This document shows, in pieces, positions 46,655 through 54,457 of a stretch of 64,000 nt of DNA (position 1 is its first letter; each line of letters opens with the position of its first letter). Both the position numbers and the translations under genes were made by a program. This DNA comes from a phage. The stretch lies in the sequence record NC_135728.1, one strand, 5' to 3'. The notes under the pieces were generated by a model. It worked only from the letters and a program-made list of their open reading frames with translations, was not told the DNA's origin and made no database searches.

Positions 46655-46987
46655 TTAAGGTAGCCAGTAAACAATCTCGCCTTTCAGCTTCATGTCGTTT
46701 CCAACATAAATTTGCCAGCCATCCATTTTAGCAACTGTAGGCCCAAAGTCATCCGCACCCCTTACCTCTTTCCAGGCTCCGTAGTCAGGTTGCCAGATAT
46801 AGAATCCACCTTCTTTGTCCCATGCTCCGTACACTACGTTCAACAGGTTTCCCATTGCAACAATGGTGGGCCGTGGGAATAATACATCTACAGATGCGCC
46901 ACAATTTCGAGTATCTTTTAAGTTGCAATCCCAAAAGATGTCTGCCAGTGTGGCGGCGATAGCTTTACGTCTTTCTAGTGTTACCAT
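46655..46987 (-). CDS. hypothetical protein
   Basis: 110-aa ORF. Confidence 0.45.
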   Translation of the reverse strand: MVTLERRKAIAATLADIFWDCNLKDTRNCGASVDVLFPRPTIVAMGNLLNVVYGAWDKEGGFYIWQPDYGAWKEVRGADDFGPTVAKMDGWQIYVGNDMKLKGEIVYWLP

Positions 46988-46996
46988 ATATCATAC

Positions 46997-47188
46997 TCAC
47001 TTGTTGTTAATAAGTTCTAAAACTTTCTGTCTTACTTTGTCAAGGTCTGTTGATTCAAAAACTGTGCGATATCCCCAACTTTGCCCATAGGAGTGACTGC
47101 AATCACCGTAGCACCATTGCTCAATTTGATAGTATTCAAGGAACGGGTGCTGTCTAACTATGATACCATCCCGGTTAAAAATTACCAT
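46997..47188 (-). CDS. hypothetical protein
   Basis: 63-aa ORF. Confidence 0.4.
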   Translation of the reverse strand: MVIFNRDGIIVRQHPFLEYYQIEQWCYGDCSHSYGQSWGYRTVFESTDLDKVRQKVLELINNK

Positions 47189-47251
47189 AATACATCGCTC
47201 TCTTTTAGTTTATGCGTATACTATACACTGCAGTTTTCAGATGTCAACCTC

Positions 47252-47446
47252 TTATAGATTGCTCCAGTACAATCGGCATTTACATTTTGGGCAATGAGGT
47301 TCTTTTATGTAATAACCATCAGTCTTTGGAACACTTTTTGGTGCAGTTTTAAGATTGTACCGAGTAAAACACCGGAAGCAGGTTACCTCTCCGACTTGTT
47401 GATCGTTGATCCACTCACCAGAGTAAAGCTCTTTCTTGTTTCTCAT
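47252..47446 (-). CDS. small zinc-ribbon protein
   Basis: ORF track 47252..47503; ATG at 47446 after gggagag RBS; CFRC...CPKCKC paired Cys motifs. Confidence 0.4.
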   Translation of the reverse strand: MRNKKELYSGEWINDQQVGEVTCFRCFTRYNLKTAPKSVPKTDGYYIKEPHCPKCKCRLYWSNL

Positions 47447-47643
47447 AATTCTCTCCCTAATCCTCTGCAATCTTCTACCAGAATCTCCAGCCAGAAAGCA
47501 CAAGGGAACACTTTAAGGATTGAATCTTTACTCGGTTCGGAAGTTCTTTTTCCGTAGGGCAGGTAGAAATACCCTCCTGCAGATTCGAACACGGCCCCTT
47601 CGGTCGTATCTATCACAGCCAGAATTAAGATTTTAGTCTCCAT
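47443..47643 (-). CDS. hypothetical protein
   Basis: 66-aa ORF, stop overlaps next start. Confidence 0.4.
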   Translation of the reverse strand: METKILILAVIDTTEGAVFESAGGYFYLPYGKRTSEPSKDSILKVFPCAFWLEILVEDCRGLGREL

Positions 47644-47696
47644 AGTGCTCCCTCTCTCAATCGTTGTGGTGACTATACCATCTCAAAAGTCAGCTG

Positions 47697-48254
47697 TCAA
47701 CACTCTTTGTATTCCACCACGATAATATCTATATCAAAAGTGGCAAGGTTAATAACGTCCTCTACATGCTCCCACTTCAAACCGCCTATGCCGCACCCGA
47801 TTTTGGGGATGTAGAATGGTAAAGTCGATCCACTGAATACCTCATTGACCAGCTCAAAGCCTTTCAGGATTGAGAAATATTCAGCATTAGGCCCTGGGTA
47901 GAACTGAGTATACAGATTGATTCCGTAGACAATACCTCTCGGAGATGAGTGCTCCCATCGGGAGAACGCACCCAGTTTACTTAGGCAACCGTGTCTGGTC
48001 TCTTTGTCGGCTGACAATGCTTGAGGAAACTCACGGGCAATCTGTTTTGCTATGCCCTTACCCATCGTGTGGAAGCAGTTACAACCGTGGATCAGGTGAC
48101 CAGCACCGCTCTTAAAAAGGGAGATTAAATCTCCCTCTACAGTATCAATAATCACGGTATGCCAGCTCCTCTTCCGCAATTTCAAAAAACTCATCCCAAC
48201 CTTGTGGCATATTTGAGTTGCCGAAGTGGCTTTCATAGTAAAGGTTCTCACCAC
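47697..48254 (-). CDS. macro domain (ADP-ribose binding/hydrolase-like) protein
   Basis: VIIDTVEGDLISLFKSGAGHLIHGCNCFHTMGKGIAKQI matches the macro-domain N-terminal signature; true start probably internal because ORF overlaps upstream gene. Confidence 0.55.
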   Translation of the reverse strand: MVRTFTMKATSATQICHKVGMSFLKLRKRSWHTVIIDTVEGDLISLFKSGAGHLIHGCNCFHTMGKGIAKQIAREFPQALSADKETRHGCLSKLGAFSRWEHSSPRGIVYGINLYTQFYPGPNAEYFSILKGFELVNEVFSGSTLPFYIPKIGCGIGGLKWEHVEDVINLATFDIDIIVVEYKEC

Positions 48255-48570
48255 TTGGAAGATAGAAATCTGTTACCTCGTAGAATCCACAATCGTCGCA
48301 CTCGCCTTCTTCAAACTTGGCCTCAACCTTAATACCGAGGAAGGTGAAAAGTTTATGTATATCTTCAGTTTCGAACTCCCAGTGAATGTTGTTTTCCGCA
48401 TCGGTGTAGAACTGGATCAGCAGACCATTGTCCAGTTTACCAAAATACTCTGTGAAGTAACTCCCTTCCCAGAAATCTTTATGACAAATAATATCCATGC
48501 GCTTACCCATAATAATGGTGTGAGCGTTTTGGGCATCGTCATGAATCAGTTTTGGCATTTCATAGATCAT
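48145..48570 (-). CDS. hypothetical acidic protein
   Basis: 141-aa ORF. Confidence 0.45.
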   Translation of the reverse strand: MIYEMPKLIHDDAQNAHTIIMGKRMDIICHKDFWEGSYFTEYFGKLDNGLLIQFYTDAENNIHWEFETEDIHKLFTFLGIKVEAKFEEGECDDCGFYEVTDFYLPSGENLYYESHFGNSNMPQGWDEFFEIAEEELAYRDY

Positions 48571-48638
48571 CTTAGTTCTCCGGGTTCAACAGGTGGTGGT
48601 GCTACAGGAAGATCATAAAACATAGCTATCACAGTCTC

Positions 48639-48836
48639 TTACACAGGAATTGCTTCAAACAGGCCGTTATCTATACCGTCCTTCAGATAGAGATTATATT
48701 CTATGTCGGTATCTGTATAAAAGGCAGCATCCAGCATTCTATCTGTGAGTCCATCCATTGGGTGGAGAAACCACCACCCACGCCAGTCAAAGTAACAGCC
48801 TGGTGCATCTTCTCTTACACGGATTCGATAAATCAT
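48639..48836 (-). CDS. hypothetical protein
   Basis: 65-aa ORF. Confidence 0.4.
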   Translation of the reverse strand: MIYRIRVREDAPGCYFDWRGWWFLHPMDGLTDRMLDAAFYTDTDIEYNLYLKDGIDNGLFEAIPV

Positions 48837-48931
48837 GGGCAGTGGCCTCCTGTTAGTTATACATCCCAGTTTTCTTCGTTCATCACGTCCTCCAGTCTAT
48901 GAAGTTATAATTGCACACCTTTCAACCTGTG

Positions 48932-49348
48932 TCAACAGAAAACTTCAACAAACTCTTCCACAGTTTTAATGTCGTGGGAAAAAGGTTTACGGCTATAACG
49001 GGCAATAGCACTATCAACCACCGCCCGGTACTCCAAATCTTCAGAATATTTCATGAAGCATTGCAGTGTTTCTGGACAGATAGCTAGATAGCTCCACCAC
49101 CCTTCATCAGATTGATAGTCAAAGCCCATGCTCTCCAACCATGAAGCATATACTCCAGCACCCTCAAGCCAGTGGGTATTTTCATCCAGAAACTTGTTAA
49201 CAGACATGTGAGCTTCTAAGCACTTGTCCAGCTCTTTTCCGTTAACCAGCCACGCACTGACTGTGGCACATCCAAGGTCTACAGATTGAGTTGACAGGTT
49301 GTATTGGTCATAGTTCTCAGGTTTAACAATGATATCTTCTAATGTCAT
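48932..49348 (-). CDS. hypothetical acidic protein
   Basis: 138-aa ORF. Confidence 0.45.
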   Translation of the reverse strand: MTLEDIIVKPENYDQYNLSTQSVDLGCATVSAWLVNGKELDKCLEAHMSVNKFLDENTHWLEGAGVYASWLESMGFDYQSDEGWWSYLAICPETLQCFMKYSEDLEYRAVVDSAIARYSRKPFSHDIKTVEEFVEVFC

Positions 49349-49410
49349 TTTTCAGATCTCCTTATACAAAAATGCCCCACCCTTTCGGGCAGGGCTATGT
49401 TAACTAGATG

Positions 49411-50637
49411 TTAGAAGGGGATGTCATCATCAAAGGCGTACTGTGCTGGATTCTGATCCATCGGGTCGTCTTCCCCATCATTTACAGGAGGAGCGTCTAC
49501 AGTGTTTTGCTGTGGAGCTGCTTCCTGTTTGGCAGCCTGAGGTTCTTGATGGTCAGTTGACCCAGCACCGTTCTTGATCCAATCGTACAACGGCTCAGCC
49601 AGATTAGTCAACACATCTTTTGCTTCTGCAGTAATTGCCGCTGCAAAATCATCAACTTTCGTTTTCTTGTCAATACGGCGACAAGCGTTCAACACCGCAT
49701 TACCGACACTGGCACCTACTTCATCTTCAGTTCGGTTGGTGGCTTGAGCATACTCTTTCTTAAGCTCAATGGTGACTACGTGCAGTGCTTTAGCCACACC
49801 TAGTGGGTCGTCTACCTTAAACCCGCGATCCAGGATGATTTGCAACGCATTGATGCTATGCCCAGTCTCCACACCAATAGGGTCGTAAGAGGATTTACGC
49901 TTGCCACCAGAGCCTTGAGTGCCGTTCTCTGCCTTAGGTGGGTAGGCTTTGAAACCACTGATAATGTTTCCGGTGTCTTTGTCAACAATGGCTGCAACAC
50001 GACCACCTACCACCAGGTCTTTAAGCTGCTCATCAGTGACAACCATAGCACCTTCGCCAATCTTGTGGTCATTAACAGTAACCACGTTGCCAACAATCTG
50101 AGCCACATCGCCATAGATGCGTAAAACGTCCTGATTGGCATTCTGCTGAGGTTTCTGCTTCTGACCTTGTGATTGTGCACCTTGTTGCTGTTTTTGCTGC
50201 TGAGTCGCTGCTGGAGCCTCTCCTGCACCCAGCTTAACCATCTTAGCCAGTGAGCCTTTGTAGTAGGTCTTACCGTTATGCTCGTTTGCCTTCAAAGGAA
50301 TATTTACGATCCATCCTGTCGTTACGGTTTCCCACTTGTCATCAATCTTAACAGAGACAGAGTCTTGATGACCCGGTTTAAGCAGCTTATCACCCATGCT
50401 GATCCAGACTTCTTCACCACCTTGAAGCAGGTTATCAGAGGAATCCAGTTCAGAAATCAGTAAAGAGATGGTGTGGCTGGACTCAATTTTCTTACCTTGC
50501 CACACGGTGGTTTTAATACCTGTTGCAGGATCAGCCCCTTTAATAGGTTTGATGCTAACACGTTTGATCATACCGTGAGCCAGTAAAACAGTTTCACGCG
50601 GATTCATCGGGTTAGCAAATTGTTGAATAACGCTCAT
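49411..50637 (-). CDS. ssb: single-stranded DNA-binding protein-like (DDDIPF tail)
   Basis: C-terminus ends AQYAFDDDIPF, the acidic SSB tail; preceded by Q/P-rich low-complexity linker; 408 aa. Confidence 0.6.
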   Translation of the reverse strand: MSVIQQFANPMNPRETVLLAHGMIKRVSIKPIKGADPATGIKTTVWQGKKIESSHTISLLISELDSSDNLLQGGEEVWISMGDKLLKPGHQDSVSVKIDDKWETVTTGWIVNIPLKANEHNGKTYYKGSLAKMVKLGAGEAPAATQQQKQQQGAQSQGQKQKPQQNANQDVLRIYGDVAQIVGNVVTVNDHKIGEGAMVVTDEQLKDLVVGGRVAAIVDKDTGNIISGFKAYPPKAENGTQGSGGKRKSSYDPIGVETGHSINALQIILDRGFKVDDPLGVAKALHVVTIELKKEYAQATNRTEDEVGASVGNAVLNACRRIDKKTKVDDFAAAITAEAKDVLTNLAEPLYDWIKNGAGSTDHQEPQAAKQEAAPQQNTVDAPPVNDGEDDPMDQNPAQYAFDDDIPF

Positions 50638-51002
50638 TATTTATCTCCTTGTTCTTCGTTAGTGTTTGCCGTGTGTGCAAACCCTGCTTGAATTAATTTG
50701 TCCTGAACTTGAGCCAATAGGCCCATTGCAAAACTTGTGGTCCCAGAGAGGGCCATTAGCATATCTCGTTGTTGAGCTACCCAACCTAAGGCATAGTCCA
50801 AACGACGATATTTTTCTTCTTCGCGCAGAGCCTGAAATAATTGTTCAGCCTCCGGTTGTTGTGTGAGCTCCTGAAGTCTTCCCATGAAAGAAGAAAGCAC
50901 TAGCAAAAGAGACACTTGATCTTTACTTAACCCTAAGAAAAATTCTTGAGGTTGTTCTTGCTCGTTCATCGCAACCGACTCTTGATCGTTCATTTGTTCC
51001 AT
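50637..51002 (-). CDS. hypothetical protein
   Basis: 121-aa ORF, coupled to ssb-like gene. Confidence 0.45.
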   Translation of the reverse strand: MEQMNDQESVAMNEQEQPQEFFLGLSKDQVSLLLVLSSFMGRLQELTQQPEAEQLFQALREEEKYRRLDYALGWVAQQRDMLMALSGTTSFAMGLLAQVQDKLIQAGFAHTANTNEEQGDK

Positions 51003-51085
51003 TATGGAATCTCCGATTTTATTTGAACAACATAGAAGGAGACACTATTTTAGCATCCCCTTCTGTAAATTACAATATGTATTTG

Positions 51086-51331
51086 TTAGCCAATCACTTC
51101 AAAAGTTCCCCAATTCCCGTCCAGCAGGCAGGTGATCGGATCCCCATCGTCGTCAAAGATTTCAAAGTTCTCAGCATCCAGGATGTGGCCCTCGAACACA
51201 ATACTTTCGTCGCCACCACCAGAAATAACAGCGTATTCCTTACCTTGAGTCAAGTTTTGACATCCTTTGCCACCAAAACCTACTTCAACACAACGTACTT
51301 TCTGTCCTGCGCGAGCAACTGCTTCAGTCAT
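51086..51331 (-). CDS. small acidic protein
   Basis: 81-aa ORF. Confidence 0.4.
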   Translation of the reverse strand: MTEAVARAGQKVRCVEVGFGGKGCQNLTQGKEYAVISGGGDESIVFEGHILDAENFEIFDDDGDPITCLLDGNWGTFEVIG

Positions 51332-51348
51332 CTTAAGGTCTCCTGATA

Positions 51349-51669
51349 TTAATCGTCAAGTTCAAAATAGATTTTAACAGCTTCATCAAAGATTGGAATC
51401 TCGATGTTGTTGATAAGCTGCCAAACTACCATATCTTTACCTGGGTCTGGGAGAATGTCAACCTTTCTCCATGCGCTGTATACCCAGTTCGGACCGCCTT
51501 CTGCACTAACTGGCAGATTTTCACCAGCTTCTTGTAGATACTTATACAGCAAAAGATATTCTGGATACTCTAGAACACTGTCCTCTGTGGTATATAGCAG
51601 TTCACGGTATACTTTTAAGAACCCTGCTGGGGTGATGTTTTCAGTCTTCATTTGCTGCTTCTCCTGCAT
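51349..51669 (-). CDS. hypothetical protein
   Basis: 106-aa ORF. Confidence 0.4.
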   Translation of the reverse strand: MQEKQQMKTENITPAGFLKVYRELLYTTEDSVLEYPEYLLLYKYLQEAGENLPVSAEGGPNWVYSAWRKVDILPDPGKDMVVWQLINNIEIPIFDEAVKIYFELDD

Positions 51670-52033
51670 TCATCAGATCTGCCATAGCGTCGCCCACGAA
51701 GAGAACAACCCCATCGTTCACCGCGTCAGCATCATCTTTGTTGACGTTGCTGAATTTAGGACACACAGCAATAATCATATAGACACCGTTACCCATCTGA
51801 ACTGTCCGTGTGGTGCACATCATGGCTGTATTTGTACCTTCTTTGAAGGCGAAGCCTTGAAGACGCTCCTCTAGAGTGTTACCGGTAGATTTCAGAAGCG
51901 CCAGCTCGTCCAAGGCATAGATGATATCTCCGGAAGTTAGTGTTGCCTTGCCATCAGATACCATAATCACTCCATCAGCACCATCAAGCTTAGAGGCTTC
52001 AAAGATATTGATATCCCAAATATTTTTCATCAC
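51641..52033 (-). CDS. hypothetical protein
   Basis: 130-aa ORF. Confidence 0.45.
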   Translation of the reverse strand: MMKNIWDINIFEASKLDGADGVIMVSDGKATLTSGDIIYALDELALLKSTGNTLEERLQGFAFKEGTNTAMMCTTRTVQMGNGVYMIIAVCPKFSNVNKDDADAVNDGVVLFVGDAMADLMNAGEAANED

Positions 52034-52362
52034 GCTTCCTCATCATCTAAGTAATCATCAAGAGAGGTGAAGATTTCACCGAAGTATTCTAAGATTTCTA
52101 GCTCACGTGTGGTGCAGCAAACATAATCGCCTTGGTCGTCCTTAATAGTGGCCTCTTTACCCAGAATATCTACTTCAAGTTCATCGTTCAACAGGACGGC
52201 CCCTGTGTAAACTTTGTCGGCTGTGCAGTCCCGAAAAGCAGAGTCTTTCTCCAGATAGTCTGGCTTAACCTTGGCTTTAATTCGTTGATATTGTTTGGTC
52301 ATTGCTGTGGTCCCCTTTCGTTTTGATAGGGCCATTATATTAGGCCCTATCACTGTTGTCAA
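52030..52362 (-). CDS. small acidic protein, paralog family C
   Basis: KPDYLEKDSAFRDCTADKVY parallels KPECVANDRAFKDCTIGAIY of 52366..52620. Confidence 0.45.
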   Translation of the reverse strand: MTTVIGPNIMALSKRKGTTAMTKQYQRIKAKVKPDYLEKDSAFRDCTADKVYTGAVLLNDELEVDILGKEATIKDDQGDYVCCTTRELEILEYFGEIFTSLDDYLDDEEA

Positions 52363-52365
52363 GTA

Positions 52366-52620
52366 TTAATGTTCAGGTTTTACAAAAACTACCTCATTAA
52401 CAGTGCACCAGACAGAGTCTCCTTCATCATCTTTAAAGGTAAGGCACTGTGCTGAGTTTTCCAGCTCATCAATCTCTTCTTGTGATAAAGGGGCCCCTTC
52501 TTCCAGAAGGGCTTTTACCAGAGGGTTCTCACAAAACTCTGCTTCATAGATTGCACCGATTGTGCAATCTTTAAAAGCTCGGTCATTTGCAACGCATTCT
52601 GGCTTCAAAGTAATTTTCAT
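52366..52620 (-). CDS. small acidic protein, paralog family C
   Basis: 84 aa; paralog of 52030..52362. Confidence 0.45.
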   Translation of the reverse strand: MKITLKPECVANDRAFKDCTIGAIYEAEFCENPLVKALLEEGAPLSQEEIDELENSAQCLTFKDDEGDSVWCTVNEVVFVKPEH

Positions 52621-52696
52621 CTTGGCAGTCTCCTTAGTTATTTAAAAATCAACGCTTTGTTTGTGTGAAGCATCTTATATCTAATCTTACTTCTTG

Positions 52697-53095
52697 TCAA
52701 TGGCTATTTTCAATCAGCCACACAGGGTCTAGGTAAATTTGTTGGCGTGTTGCCCAATGACAAACTTCATTGTACATCTGAATCTCTTTGTCCGTCAGTT
52801 CACGAATAGGCTCATCTATGCCCTCATTTTTGTGGTAATCCCAGTCGGCATCGATTTCCCACAACCATGACTTGTTGTCACCACGCTTACGCACACAAAA
52901 GTCACCTGGACGGCCTGCCAATGCATTTAAGAACTCGTTCTCCGCTCGCTCCTGAAGAATACTAAGGAGCAAAACGTTGGAGCATGACCGTAAAATATGC
53001 TTCAGCTCACAATCATCAATCTCAACTTCAATACGTTGTTTGACTGTGTGGGTACCTTTTACTAACATCCTACCTCCTCTAAACGAACTCTGCAA
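52697..53095 (-). CDS. hypothetical protein
   Basis: 132-aa ORF. Confidence 0.45.
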   Translation of the reverse strand: MQSSFRGGRMLVKGTHTVKQRIEVEIDDCELKHILRSCSNVLLLSILQERAENEFLNALAGRPGDFCVRKRGDNKSWLWEIDADWDYHKNEGIDEPIRELTDKEIQMYNEVCHWATRQQIYLDPVWLIENSH

Positions 53096-53273
53096 GAGTT
53101 GTGTTGTTCACTGCACCGCAGTAAATGGAGTATCCCAGCCCATTAGAGTGCAGAAACCACGGCGTGCCGAAATTATCTTTCACGTAGACATCGCCGTTGT
53201 TTGTAAAGGGCCAATATTCTTCACCAAGGGTAAAATACCTATTCATACCTTCAGCAAGATACTTTACTTTCAT
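53079..53273 (-). CDS. small protein (MKVKYL N-terminus)
   Basis: 64-aa ORF. Confidence 0.4.
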   Translation of the reverse strand: MKVKYLAEGMNRYFTLGEEYWPFTNNGDVYVKDNFGTPWFLHSNGLGYSIYCGAVNNTTLAEFV

Positions 53274-53497
53274 AGGTCCTCTTCAACAACTACAAACTTG
53301 GCAAGCAAAGTGGTTCCGTAGATATGATACTCACCGTTTGCGAGGTGAGAGATATACCAGGCAACCCCTTCCTCGTCTTTAATCATTTTGTTTGCACGAG
53401 CTTTATCGTAATAAACCTCGTAGGTCTTTCCTTCTTTAAAGAATGACAGGTCTGTCATCTTTTCTTCTACAAAGGTAGCTTTAACCAAAGTCGTCAT
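53270..53497 (-). CDS. small acidic protein (VVVEEDL tail)
   Basis: 75-aa ORF. Confidence 0.4.
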   Translation of the reverse strand: MTTLVKATFVEEKMTDLSFFKEGKTYEVYYDKARANKMIKDEEGVAWYISHLANGEYHIYGTTLLAKFVVVEEDL

Positions 53498-53868
53498 TGA
53501 TCGGTCTCCTTCTTGTTAAGTCTGAATACTGCAATAATAGTATTCCCAAGGTGCAGTGTCAAGTCATTTCCAAGGTACCACAGCATCCCACGGTCATCTT
53601 TAATGAAAGGGTAACAATCTGGTGCCTTCCAGACATTGTACACTTTCCCAACCTGAAAGAAATCAGGCCCTGTTGGTATTTTGGTGCCAGGCCACACTTG
53701 AGATACCTGAACACACTCCACCTGCATAATAACAGGAATGGTCATGGATGTAAATGTTTTTGTTGGCTCTACTACCATAAAAGTCTCCTCTTTGCTCAAC
53801 AGCACCTCCCTGTGCTGATAGTTTACATTAGTGACAATCCCCCCAGTTACGACCACACAAGTATTCAC
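53494..53868 (-). CDS. hypothetical protein
   Basis: 124-aa ORF; its 5' end overlaps polymerase exon 2 so the true start may be internal. Confidence 0.35.
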   Translation of the reverse strand: MNTCVVVTGGIVTNVNYQHREVLLSKEETFMVVEPTKTFTSMTIPVIMQVECVQVSQVWPGTKIPTGPDFFQVGKVYNVWKAPDCYPFIKDDRGMLWYLGNDLTLHLGNTIIAVFRLNKKETDQ

Positions 53869-54181
53869 CTGTGATCTGGAACGGGACTCCCATCATTTTA
53901 GAAGCTTGCCAGAAGCAATGCACCACCATTTCACCCACAGGGCTCCAGATAAGTTCAAGCTTTCCGTCATCGTTCAGGATAGGATCGTACACCGTGTTTC
54001 CGTCTCTGTCAACCACTTCGTTTCCGTCCTCATCCTTGCGTGCCTTTTTGTACTTATGACCGTCGAACACATGAAGTTTGGCTTCCTGCTCTGCCTTAAA
54101 TGCCTCCAGTTGCTCAATTGTGTCGAAGGTGTACACAGTCTTATACTTAGGCGTGTCAGGCACTTGAAGTTGGTACTCATC
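53828..54181 (-). CDS. DNA polymerase (family A), exon 2
   Basis: Begins DEYQLQV, completing motif C (YHDE) when joined to exon 1; C-terminus VPFQITGEYLCGRNWGDCH parallels Pol I C-terminus VPLLVEVGSGENWDQAH. Confidence 0.7.
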   Translation of the reverse strand, partial: DEYQLQVPDTPKYKTVYTFDTIEQLEAFKAEQEAKLHVFDGHKYKKARKDEDGNEVVDRDGNTVYDPILNDDGKLELIWSPVGEMVVHCFWQASKMMGVPFQITGEYLCGRNWGDCH

Positions 54182-54457
54182 CAATAGTTCAGGTAGGTCG
54201 TTAAGCTACCCCGCACCATTACGTGCATAGCCATACGTTTTCACGTAGGATCGGACCATCTCATATTCCTATGATAAGCAACCACAGGAATCCTCCCATT
54301 TCGACCGCACTTGCTGGTCTACTTCCTTTCGGAATGGCCTCTGAGCGTTCGCTCTTTTGAGCGCTTCGTTGCGGATTACCTTGCCATAAGGTTTAGGCTT
54401 CCCGCAGTTAAAGAGGTTATTCGACATAGATTACTCTATGAAGCCACAATGTTATTT
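54182..54457 (-). other. group I self-splicing intron in DNA polymerase gene
   Basis: 5' exon ends in U with U-G pair to guide sequence GUGG; intron ends in G; P10 pairing CAUU with exon-2 GAUG; core elements P AACUGCGGGAAG, Q AAUCCGCAAC, R CUCAGAGGCC, S GAGAUGGUCC in canonical order. Confidence 0.75.

Noticed and set aside
53828-54184. TTG-initiated 118-aa ORF as an independent gene
   Set aside because: No RBS precedes the TTG; the TTG is better explained as the last three intron nucleotides ending in the terminal G
54182-54457. Intein or programmed frameshift as the cause of the split polymerase
   Set aside because: The intervening sequence has stops in all frames, and RNA-level group I features explain the split better
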